Assembly: GCA_964515735.1 (NCBI GenBank)
Contig: CAZEVP010000001.1
Location: 14,749-78,748, forward strand
Direction: 5' to 3'
Source of the DNA: an uncultured Verrucomicrobiaceae bacterium
GTDB lineage: Bacteria > Pseudomonadota > Gammaproteobacteria > Pseudomonadales > CAMLJR01
DNA: 64,000 bases
The notes under the pieces were generated by a model. The model was not told the origin of the DNA. It saw only the letters and a program-made list of their open reading frames with translations, and ran no database searches. Position numbers and translations under genes: made by a program. Of this stretch, positions 46,882 through 55,050 are shown piece after piece (the stretch's first letter is position 1; each line of letters opens with the position of its first letter).

Positions 46882-47646
46882 TCAACCGCCGACGATCTCG
46901 GCGATCACTGCCTTCAGCGCCTGCGAGTAACTCTTCAGGTTCTTCTGCATGCGCGGAATCGGCCCGGCCATGCCGATCGCCAGCTGGTGCCCCTGCACCT
47001 TCAGCGGCACCGCCAGCCCCATGACATCGGCGAGGTGTTCGCCAACCGTGGTGTATATCCCCTGCGCCTCGGCCTGCTGCAGGTTCTCCTTCAGCTCCTT
47101 CTTGCGCGTGATGGTGTGTTCGTTGAAGCGCGCCAGCTTCAGCTCGGTCAGCAGCTGGTTGCGCACGTCCTCGTCGAGGTTGGCCAGCAGCGCCTTGCCG
47201 AGAGCGCTGGCATGGATCGACTTCAGATCGCCGGACGAGGCCGTGTAGCGCACCGCGTGGGTGCCATCGAACACCTCCGAATAGACCACCTGATGGCCCT
47301 GCAGACGACCGATGAGCACGGTCTCGCCAGTCAGGTCGCGCAGCCGCTTCAGTTCGTTCTGTATCCGCTCCTTGATCGGATTGAACTGCCCCACCTTCTC
47401 GGCCGTCTCCAGCAGTCGACGCGACGGGTAGTAACTGCGGCCGCCGTCGATCGCGATGATGTAGCCCAGATGGATCAGCGTCTGGATCAGCTCGAAACAG
47501 CTGCTCTTCGGCGCCGCCATCGATTCCGACAGCTCAGCCAGCGACAGCGGCCGCCGCATCTCGGCGAACACCCCGAACAGCTGCATCGTGCGAATCGCCG
47601 ACTTGACCAGCTTTGTCGACCCTGCGTTTCCCATATCGTCGAACAC
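46882..47646 (-). CDS. IclR-family transcriptional regulator (IclR-1)
   Basis: N-terminal wHTH (SAIRTMQLFGVFAEMRRPLSLAELSESMAAPKSSCFELIQTL) plus C-terminal IclR effector domain. Start is GTG 47646 or ATG 47634. Confidence 0.88.
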   Translation of the reverse strand: MFDDMGNAGSTKLVKSAIRTMQLFGVFAEMRRPLSLAELSESMAAPKSSCFELIQTLIHLGYIIAIDGGRSYYPSRRLLETAEKVGQFNPIKERIQNELKRLRDLTGETVLIGRLQGHQVVYSEVFDGTHAVRYTASSGDLKSIHASALGKALLANLDEDVRNQLLTELKLARFNEHTITRKKELKENLQQAEAQGIYTTVGEHLADVMGLAVPLKVQGHQLAIGMAGPIPRMQKNLKSYSQALKAVIAEIVGG

Positions 47647-47673
47647 TCTTCCAGCCCGTGAGTGCGCATCATA

Positions 47674-47689
47674 GTTCGCATATGCGAAC
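47674..47689. promoter_or_regulatory. Perfect 16-bp palindrome GTTCGCATATGCGAAC upstream of IclR-1
   Basis: Read directly, 28-55 bp upstream of the IclR-1 start candidates. Confidence 0.6.
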
Positions 47690-47745
47690 CGATGGAATGG
47701 CCGAAAGCGCGCTTCGTCACTATCCCGGCCGGCGTGGCGACTGGC

Positions 47746-48483
47746 TCACTCGTTCTGCTTCAGAAAACGCTGCACCGCTTCGCGCAGCAACGCGCCGAAC
47801 TCGGCCTCGCGCCCCTCGATGCGCGGGCTCGGCCCGCCCAGCGCGATCGCGTTGCGGCGACCGCGAAACGGAAACGGCACCGCGATGCCGGCGACGCCCG
47901 GCGCGTAGACACCGGGATTGACGTACCAGCCATCGGCGGCGCTGTCCTGCAGATCGCGCTCGACCTCGTCGGCCGTCATGAACTGCGCCTTTTCGTAACG
48001 CTGGTAGCTGATCCGTTTCAGGATCGCCGCGCGCTCGGGCGGCGAATACTGGGCAAGGATGGCGCGGCCCGCCGCCGCCACCTGGATCGGCAGGCGCTGG
48101 CCGACATGGGCGATGAAACGAATGTCCGCGCTCGATTCGACGACGTCGATGAAAACCACGCTGCTGCCCTCCGGCGCGGCCAGCAGCAGCGTCTCGCCGG
48201 TGCGATGCGCGAGTTCGGCCAGCAGCTCGTGCACCGACTCCGGCAGCGGCTGCGCATCCGACAGCTCGCGCGCCAGCTCCATCCAGCGCGTCGTCGGGTA
48301 ATAACCGCCGCGCGGCACCGGCTGATAGAGATAACCGCGCTCGACCATCGTCGAGACGATGTTGAAAGCGCTCGAACGCGGCCATGCGAATTCGTCGACG
48401 ATCTCGCGCACCGACAGCGGCCGCTTCGCGCGAACGAAGAACTCCATCAGGTCGAAAAGGTTCGCGATCTGCTTGACAAGCAT
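47746..48483 (-). CDS. IclR-family transcriptional regulator (IclR-2)
   Basis: ATG at 48483: MLVKQIANLFDLMEFFVRAKRPLSVREIVDEFAWPRSSAFNIVSTM... wHTH plus IclR effector domain. Confidence 0.88.
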   Translation of the reverse strand: MLVKQIANLFDLMEFFVRAKRPLSVREIVDEFAWPRSSAFNIVSTMVERGYLYQPVPRGGYYPTTRWMELARELSDAQPLPESVHELLAELAHRTGETLLLAAPEGSSVVFIDVVESSADIRFIAHVGQRLPIQVAAAGRAILAQYSPPERAAILKRISYQRYEKAQFMTADEVERDLQDSAADGWYVNPGVYAPGVAGIAVPFPFRGRRNAIALGGPSPRIEGREAEFGALLREAVQRFLKQNE

Positions 48484-48533
48484 GGGCCAGCCTCCGTTAG
48501 ATACGAACATCGTACATAAATGTGATCTTAATA

Positions 48534-48549
48534 GTCCAATATATTGGAC
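48534..48549. promoter_or_regulatory. Perfect 16-bp palindrome GTCCAATATATTGGAC in the IclR-2 / CxxC-protein divergent region
   Basis: Read directly. 51 bp from the IclR-2 ATG and 91 bp from the 48640 ATG. Confidence 0.6.
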
Positions 48550-48639
48550 AAATAAACAAGGCTTCACCCATGGCCCACGCCTGACACAAGTGCAACCGAA
48601 ACGCCCCGAACCGGGGCCGACGACGAGGAGGAAAAATAA

Positions 48640-49206
48640 ATGAGCAGAGGCAACGTGCTGGACCCGACGGCGCTGCGCGCCGACGACATCACCTCACCCG
48701 GCCCCGACGCCGGCCCGCTGGCGGGCAAGGTGGTCGGATTCCGTCTCGACGAGATCTGGCGGGCGTGGGACTGGATCGTCGACATCTGGGCCGACGAATT
48801 CCGCAAGGCCGGCGCCACCGTGAAGCTGTGGCGCTCGAATCAGGGGCGCACCGGCGCCGAGGGTGAGCGTCTCGCCCGGGAGCTGGACGAATTCCTCGGT
48901 TCGATCGACATCGCCGTGGTCGGTCTCGGCAACTGCGGCTCGTGCACCGGCTGGACCATTCGCGACGCGCTGGCCGCGGCGGCGAAGGGGCTGCCGACCA
49001 CGGCGGTCTGCACCGAGGTGTTCGAGGAGCTGGGCCACAACCTGGCGCGGCGCGGCGGCCGCTCGGGGCTGCGCATCCACATCCTGCCCTACCCGCTCAA
49101 CGAAAAACTGAAGGAAGAGGTCGAGCCGGTGGCTTACGACCATCTCGCCGGCATGTTGCAGACGATGGGCGCCGAACTGAAAGCCCGCAAGGAGGCCGCG
49201 CGATGA
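48640..49206 (+). CDS. Small CxxC protein, UGSC-family-like (Cys form: N-C-G-S-C-T)
   Basis: 188 aa, strong SD GAGGAGG 8 nt upstream. Motif VVGLGNCGSCTGWT (TGC GGC TCG TGC at 48934-48945). Family assignment is from memory of the motif only. Confidence 0.55.
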   Translation: MSRGNVLDPTALRADDITSPGPDAGPLAGKVVGFRLDEIWRAWDWIVDIWADEFRKAGATVKLWRSNQGRTGAEGERLARELDEFLGSIDIAVVGLGNCGSCTGWTIRDALAAAAKGLPTTAVCTEVFEELGHNLARRGGRSGLRIHILPYPLNEKLKEEVEPVAYDHLAGMLQTMGAELKARKEAAR

Positions 49207-50348
49207 GCAGAACGATCAGACCGGGCAGCAGCAGCGCGCCGCAGCAGAAAGTGGTCAACCTGCGCGACTGCGGACCGCAGGGCTGTGATCTCGACTGGCT
49301 GTCGAGCCAGCGCCACGACGTCGAGATCGACGACGTCATGGCCTTCACGCACGAGGCGATGGAGAAAGGCTGGGGCGATGGCCTGCCGCTGATTCCGCCG
49401 ACCGAGGGGCGCGTGCGCGAATTCCTGTCGCAGAACAACCGCTACCCCGACGAGGTGATCTGCCGGCTGCCGCCGTCGGATGCCGAGTGCACGGTCGAGA
49501 AGATCGCGATCAACGCGGTGATGGCCGGCGCACCGGCGCAGTCGCTGCCGCTGATCATCGCCGCGCTGGAGGCGATGGCCGATCCCGACTTCGAACTGTT
49601 CGGCCTCAACGCGACGACGGCGCCGGTGGTGCCACTGACGCTGGTCAACGGCCCGATCCGCGAGCGGCTGAACATTCCGTACCGGCACGGCTGTCTCGGC
49701 GGCGCGCCGACGACGGCGCTGGCGATCGGCCGCGCGATCCGTCTGCTGATCAAGAACGTCGCCGGGCAGGAGGTGAACGTCACCAGCCAGACCACGTTCG
49801 GTACGCCGGGCCGCGTCGCCGGCATTCTGTTCGGCGAGTGGGAGGAGCGCTCGCCGTGGGCGCCGCTGGCCGAGCGGCGCGGCGTGACGGGCGACGCGGT
49901 GACCGTCTACGGCACGATGGGGACGATGAACATCCTCGACACCACGTCGCAGAGCGGTCTCGACTTCCTCGAGATGATCGGCAAATCGCTCGGCTACCCA
50001 GCCGCCAACGGCTTCTCGCCGGCGATGCCGTTCGCCGAGATCATGGTGGCGATCAACCCGGTCTGGGCCGAAATCATCCACCGCGACGTGCCGAACCTCG
50101 CCGATGTGCAGGAGCTTATCTGGAAGTTCTCCAGCCTCGACGCCGACTACCTGACGAAGAAGCATCGCGATCAGCTCGACGCACAGGGACGGGTGATCGG
50201 CGGTCGCATCTATCTGGCGACCGAACCGAAGGATGTGCTGGTGGTCTGCTGCGGCGGCACCGGTGGCCTGCACGCCACCGGCTTCCACAGCTTCGGCAGC
50301 TGCCTGACGCAGACCCGGGCCATCGTGCCGGGGCCAGACAGCAAATAG
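49203..50348 (+). CDS. Conserved-looking protein of unknown function (381 aa), translationally coupled to the CxxC protein
   Basis: ATG at 49203 overlaps the upstream TGA (ATGA). Sequence MSRTIRPGSS...GWGDGLPLIPPTEGRV...VVCCGGTGGLHATGF. No motif assigned. The track ORF's upstream extension lies inside the previous gene. Confidence 0.6.
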   Translation: MSRTIRPGSSSAPQQKVVNLRDCGPQGCDLDWLSSQRHDVEIDDVMAFTHEAMEKGWGDGLPLIPPTEGRVREFLSQNNRYPDEVICRLPPSDAECTVEKIAINAVMAGAPAQSLPLIIAALEAMADPDFELFGLNATTAPVVPLTLVNGPIRERLNIPYRHGCLGGAPTTALAIGRAIRLLIKNVAGQEVNVTSQTTFGTPGRVAGILFGEWEERSPWAPLAERRGVTGDAVTVYGTMGTMNILDTTSQSGLDFLEMIGKSLGYPAANGFSPAMPFAEIMVAINPVWAEIIHRDVPNLADVQELIWKFSSLDADYLTKKHRDQLDAQGRVIGGRIYLATEPKDVLVVCCGGTGGLHATGFHSFGSCLTQTRAIVPGPDSK

Positions 50349-50440
50349 CGGATAACAAACAGCACCGGCACCGGCCGCTCTGACGGCGGAGCACTGTCGC
50401 GCAGTGCCCGCCGTCTTTCCGTTCCACAGAGGCTCTCTCC

Positions 50441-52144
50441 ATGCAAGTGAACATCTACGAGCGCGTCCTGCAGCTGTTGGAAGTCGAAGGCATCAGGACG
50501 CTGTTCGGCATTCCCGACCCGAGTTTCTTCCGCATGTTCAACTGCGCGCACGAGCGCGGCTGGCAGGTGGTCGCGCCGCATCACGAGGAGGCCGGCGCCT
50601 TCATGGCCGAGGCGCAGTGGAAACTGACCGGCGTGCCCGGCGTCGTCGTCGGCAATCAGGGGCCGGGTGTCGCCAACCTGGCGCCGGCGGCGATCTGCGC
50701 GGCCAAGGAGAATTCGCCGGTGATCTTCATCGCCGGCCAGCGCAACCACATCGCCGACCAGCGCGTGCGCCGCGGCCGCATCTCGTGGATCCGGCAGTGG
50801 GAGCATTTCGAGGCGTCGATGAAATATGTCGGCATCATCGAATTTCCGGAGCAGGTCGACGACATCGTGCGTGAGGCGTTCCGGCGCGCGCTGTCCGGCA
50901 CGCCGGGGCCGGTCTACATCGAGATTCCGATGAACTCGATGCACGCCGCGCTCGACCTGCCGCCGCCGTTGCCGCCCGAACACTACCGGCTGACGCGACA
51001 GGAGGCCGGCACGCGCGCGGTGAACAAAGCGGTCGAGCTGATCCGCGCGGCGAAACTGCCGATCCTGCTGGTCGGTCAGGGCGTGTTTCCGGCGCGCGCG
51101 CACGAAGCCGTCGGCGAACTGGCGCGGCTGCTGAAATGCCCGATCGTGCAAACCTCCGGCGGCAGCTCGTTCATCGCCGGTATGGAGGAGCGCACCTTTC
51201 CCTATGCGTTTTCGCCAGCCGGCAACGCTGCCGTCAGCGACAGCGATCTGGTCATCGCCATCGGCACCGAGATCGGCGAGCCGGTGCACCACGGCATAAA
51301 GGGCCACTGGGAAGCCAACGATGCCAGCCGCAAGTGGATCTACATCGAGCGCGACCCGCTGGCGATCGGCGTCAACCGCCGCATCGACGCGCCGCTGGTC
51401 GGCGATCTGCGCGACGTGGTGCCGCAACTGATCGAAGCACTGGCCGATATCGAGCGCGAACAGCCAGCGCAATTGAACGACTGGATCAGGATGCACGCCG
51501 ACTATCGCGCCGAGGTCGATGCAAAAGTACCGAGCGGGCGCCTGCCGATGCACACCGCGCGCTTCGTGCACGAAGCGACGAAGGCGATTCCCGACGACGC
51601 TGTACTGGTGCGCGACGGCGGTGCCGTCAGCATCTACGGCTGGACCCACACGCAGGTGAAACCGCGCGACCTGATCTGGAGCCAGAACTTCGGTCATCTC
51701 GGCACCGGCCTGCCCTATGCGATCGGCGCGCAGCTCGCCGTTAGCGACAGCCGCCGCGTCGTGCTGATGACCGGCGACTCGGCGTTCCTGTTCCACATCT
51801 CCGAACTGGAGACAGCGGTGCGCAAGAACCTGCCGGTGATCTGCATCGTCGGCTGCGATTACGCCTGGGGGCTGGAGGTGCGCGGCTATCGCGGCTTCGT
51901 CGGTCCCGGCACCAACGAGACCGAGGCGCACTGGGGGCGTCAGGTTCGCCTCGACAAGACCGCCGAGAGCTTCGGCGCCTACGGCGAATATGTCGAACAC
52001 GAGGCCGACATCGGCCCGGCCATCGAACGCGCGCTGGCAAGCGGCAGACCGGCGGTGATCCAGGTGCCGGTCGATCCCGATGCGCACGCGAAGGAGGTGC
52101 CCGGTCACGAGCAGTATTCGACCTGGTACCACGATTTCATCTGA
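50441..52144 (+). CDS. Thiamine-diphosphate-dependent enzyme, ALS-like fold (paralogue C)
   Basis: 567 aa. PHHEEAGAFMAEAQ, QRVRRGRIS, TGDSAFLFHISELE...IVGCDYAWG, C-terminal PGHEQYSTWY. Confidence 0.85.
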   Translation: MQVNIYERVLQLLEVEGIRTLFGIPDPSFFRMFNCAHERGWQVVAPHHEEAGAFMAEAQWKLTGVPGVVVGNQGPGVANLAPAAICAAKENSPVIFIAGQRNHIADQRVRRGRISWIRQWEHFEASMKYVGIIEFPEQVDDIVREAFRRALSGTPGPVYIEIPMNSMHAALDLPPPLPPEHYRLTRQEAGTRAVNKAVELIRAAKLPILLVGQGVFPARAHEAVGELARLLKCPIVQTSGGSSFIAGMEERTFPYAFSPAGNAAVSDSDLVIAIGTEIGEPVHHGIKGHWEANDASRKWIYIERDPLAIGVNRRIDAPLVGDLRDVVPQLIEALADIEREQPAQLNDWIRMHADYRAEVDAKVPSGRLPMHTARFVHEATKAIPDDAVLVRDGGAVSIYGWTHTQVKPRDLIWSQNFGHLGTGLPYAIGAQLAVSDSRRVVLMTGDSAFLFHISELETAVRKNLPVICIVGCDYAWGLEVRGYRGFVGPGTNETEAHWGRQVRLDKTAESFGAYGEYVEHEADIGPAIERALASGRPAVIQVPVDPDAHAKEVPGHEQYSTWYHDFI

Positions 52145-52155
52145 GGAGAACGCAC

Positions 52156-52950
52156 ATGAATCTGCAGGATCGGGTGGCCATCGTCACCGGCGGTGGTCGC
52201 GGCATCGGCCGCGGCATCGCACTGAAACTGGCTGCGCAGGGTGCCGACGTCGTCGTCGCCGGCACCACGCCGGAACCGCTGCAGGCGGCAGTCGCCGACA
52301 TCGAGGCGCTCGGCCGCCGCGCACTCGCCGTGCAGACCGACGTCAGCGATTTCGGTTCGGTGAAACAGCTGGTGGCGCAGACACTGGAAACATTCGGTCG
52401 GATCGACATTCTGGTCAACAACGCCGGCGGCAGCGCGCGCAACCGCATGTCGCTGTTCTGCGACTCCGAGGAGGAGACCTGGGACTACGTGCTGAACACC
52501 AACCTGAAAGGCGTCTTCTACACCTGCCGCGCCGTCATCAGCCACATGCTGGAGCGCGGCAGCGGCAGCATCGTCAACATCGGCTCGGTGGCCGGCATGA
52601 TCGGGCTGGCCTCGCAGGTCGACTACTCGGCGGCCAAGGGCGGCGTCATCGCCTTCACGCAGGCGCTGGCCAAGGAGACGTCGAGGAAAGGCATTCGCGT
52701 CAACTGCGTATCGCCGGGCCCGATCGTCAGCGAAGCGGGCCGCACGATCTCGGCGGAGAAGCGCAAGAGTCTGGTGCAGGATCTGCTCGGCGAGGCGACC
52801 GGTTTCGGCCACTTCGGCGAAGCATCCGACATCGCCAATCTGGTGGGCTTTCTGGCATCGGACGACGCCAAATACATCACCGGCCAGAACTACGCGGTGT
52901 GCGGCGTCATGAACCTCGGTTTCGCCAACGCGATCGTCGGCGGCGGGTGA
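52156..52950 (+). CDS. Classical short-chain dehydrogenase/reductase (SDR-2)
   Basis: IVTGGGRGIGRG, NNAG, GSVAG...YSAAKGG. Starts 11 nt after ThDP-C. Confidence 0.9.
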   Translation: MNLQDRVAIVTGGGRGIGRGIALKLAAQGADVVVAGTTPEPLQAAVADIEALGRRALAVQTDVSDFGSVKQLVAQTLETFGRIDILVNNAGGSARNRMSLFCDSEEETWDYVLNTNLKGVFYTCRAVISHMLERGSGSIVNIGSVAGMIGLASQVDYSAAKGGVIAFTQALAKETSRKGIRVNCVSPGPIVSEAGRTISAEKRKSLVQDLLGEATGFGHFGEASDIANLVGFLASDDAKYITGQNYAVCGVMNLGFANAIVGGG

Positions 52951-52960
52951 AGCGCGCCGT

Positions 52961-53019
52961 CGCGATCTGCCGTCAGGCCTGCTCGCGATCTCACGAGCAG
53001 CGCCACACGGCAGATCGCG
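52961..53019. repeat. Nested stem-loop (13-bp outer, 7-bp inner stems) between convergent SDR-2 and NTF2-like genes
   Basis: cgcgatctgccgt...ctgctcg-cgatctca-cgagcag...acggcagatcgcg read directly. Confidence 0.6.
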
Positions 53020-53028
53020 TACCGGCTC

Positions 53029-53523
53029 TCAGAGCTGACGGCGGGTGAAAGTCGGCTCGTCCGGCCCCGGCATGCCGGGCGGCGGGCCGTAATCGGGACA
53101 CTCGACCAGCGCCGCCGAGAAGTCGATCGGTCCGCGATAGTGCAGGCCGAAATGGCGCCACTGAAAACGCCAGCGCCCCGCCTCCTCGACGTAACGGTCG
53201 TAGTAGACCGCCAGCGTCATCGCCGAGCTGCCATCGTTCATCCGGGCCAGCTCCGTCACCTGCACGCGACCACTGGCGACACCATCGCCAACTTCCAGCA
53301 GCGGCGTGCCGACGATCAGCTGCACCTTGGCGCAGGCGGCGAGCAGTTTCTCGAAGGCGGCGAGAATGTTGTCGCGACCGCGAAAATGCATGCCGGCGAT
53401 CTTCCATTCGCCGCTCTCGGCAAAACAGTCGGCGAATGCCGCGGCATCCTTGCGCCAGACCGCATCGGCAAAGCGCGCGTGCAACTGCCGGATGCCACAG
53501 TCGGCAACCACGAAATCGGTCAT
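53029..53523 (-). CDS. NTF2/SnoaL-like fold protein
   Basis: 164 aa. IRQLHARFADAVWRKDAAAFADCFAESGEWKIAG...YYDRYVEEAGRWRFQWRHF is typical of the SnoaL_4/NTF2-like pattern. Confidence 0.7.
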   Translation of the reverse strand: MTDFVVADCGIRQLHARFADAVWRKDAAAFADCFAESGEWKIAGMHFRGRDNILAAFEKLLAACAKVQLIVGTPLLEVGDGVASGRVQVTELARMNDGSSAMTLAVYYDRYVEEAGRWRFQWRHFGLHYRGPIDFSAALVECPDYGPPPGMPGPDEPTFTRRQL

Positions 53524-53583
53524 CGCCCAACTCCTCTACTTATGCGTGAAGCGGCGATTCTATGCCCCGCTCTCCGGAGCGAC

Positions 53584-53613
53584 AAGAAAAACGCCCCGCG
53601 AGTGCGGGGCGTT
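53584..53613 (-). terminator. Intrinsic terminator after Rieske-2
   Basis: On the minus strand: aacgccccgc-actc-gcggggcgtt followed by tttttct. Perfect 10-bp stem. Confidence 0.8.
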
Positions 53614-53670
53614 GTTCAGGCTTGCTTGCCGTCCATTCGAGCGGCTTCGGCGCGGCTTTCTATCAACCGC

Positions 53671-55050
53671 TCATTCGAGCGGCTTCGGCGCACCGCTTCC
53701 CATGTACTTCGCCAGATTGCGGTGCAGGTTGGTGACCTTGCGCTCCTGATGCGGGTTCGGCAGGTTGCCGCGGAAACCGCGCGACTTCAGCCCGAGCTGC
53801 ACCATCTCCATGTTCGAGAAATCCTGCGCGATCACCTTGCGCCAGTTCTCCTCGGTCGGATCGGCGTAGACCCACTCGGTCTGCGGCGCCCCGCCCTCCG
53901 GGTAGCGCTCGATCGCGAACGCCTCGTAGATGCACTTGTCGGGATCGGTGCCGAGCGGCCGCGTGCGGTAGCACAGCGCGAAGGTCGGCCCCTGCAGGAT
54001 GCTCATGTTCGGGAATACATGCCATGCCAGCCCGGCCGCGGCCATCTGCTCGTCGCTGATCTGCGGCCACTCGACACCCATCGCCGCGTAGTCGCGCTTG
54101 CACGACTCCAGCCAGTGACGATGAACCTCGTGCGCCGGCGTTCCCTCCGGCAGCTCGTCGACCAGCCGCGCGGCGGCATCGACCAGCACCTGCGTCGTGC
54201 TGGCGCCGACCGTCTCCCAGAACTCCTTCTGCATCTCGGCCATCATCACGCGAGCATCGGCGCCCTTGCCGGTGCGATGCACGGTGGTGCTCGCGGCGGA
54301 GCCGTCATCGGCATGATCCGGCGTGTCGTAGCCGTCGTTGCCGTGCAGCCCCTGCGCGCGGCTCCAGGCGTAGAAATCACCGTACTTGGTCAGCTGCGGG
54401 TGGGTGGCGGCGACGTGGTAGGGCTCCATGAACGCTTCCAGCGCCACCTTCCAGTTGCAGTCGAAAACCGTCCACTGGCGGAAGCGGTAACGCATTTTTT
54501 CGAACTGGAACGGTTCGAGAATGCTCGCCGCCGGCTCCAGATATTCGCGCAGCGGAATGCAGTCCGGGTCCATGTTGATCCAGAGCCAGCCACCCCAGGT
54601 ATCGACCTTGACCTCGGTCAGGCAGGTGCGCTCGTCGGTCAGCGTTCCCTGCCAGTCGGCCTTGTCGAGCAGATCCTGATTCTTTCCGTCCAGGTCGAAC
54701 GACCAGCCGTGAAAGCCGCAGAAGAACTTGAACGATTTGGCATTGCCGCGCGCGCCGTTGCCGCCCTTCGGCGTCGACACCAGCCGGCGACCGCGGTGCG
54801 GGCAGACGTTGTGGAACGCCGTGATCCGGTCCGGCGCGGCGCGAACGATCAGGATCGAATCGTTGGCGATCTCGTAGGTGATGAAATCACCGACCTCCGG
54901 AATGTCCTCGACGCGACCAGCGTGCTGCCACACCTTCGCCCACAGTCTGTCCGCCTCCGCTTCGGCATATTCCCGCGACACATATGCTTCGACGGGAAAC
55001 GTCAACGGCTCGGACAGATCCTCAAGAACGATATCGGCTTTTTTGTTCAT
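53671..55050 (-). CDS. Rieske [2Fe-2S] non-heme-iron oxygenase, alpha-type subunit (paralogue 2)
   Basis: CPHRGRRL...CGFHGWSF, EAFMEPYHVAATH. Collinear with paralogue 1. The ATG overlaps the BVMO-2 stop (ATGA). Confidence 0.9.
   Translation of the reverse strand: MNKKADIVLEDLSEPLTFPVEAYVSREYAEAEADRLWAKVWQHAGRVEDIPEVGDFITYEIANDSILIVRAAPDRITAFHNVCPHRGRRLVSTPKGGNGARGNAKSFKFFCGFHGWSFDLDGKNQDLLDKADWQGTLTDERTCLTEVKVDTWGGWLWINMDPDCIPLREYLEPAASILEPFQFEKMRYRFRQWTVFDCNWKVALEAFMEPYHVAATHPQLTKYGDFYAWSRAQGLHGNDGYDTPDHADDGSAASTTVHRTGKGADARVMMAEMQKEFWETVGASTTQVLVDAAARLVDELPEGTPAHEVHRHWLESCKRDYAAMGVEWPQISDEQMAAAGLAWHVFPNMSILQGPTFALCYRTRPLGTDPDKCIYEAFAIERYPEGGAPQTEWVYADPTEENWRKVIAQDFSNMEMVQLGLKSRGFRGNLPNPHQERKVTNLHRNLAKYMGSGAPKPLE

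Noticed and set aside
48934-48945. Selenocysteine recoding in the UGSC-like motif
   Set aside because: Both cysteine positions are ordinary TGC codons (tgc ggc tcg tgc). There is no in-frame TGA and therefore no need for a SECIS element.
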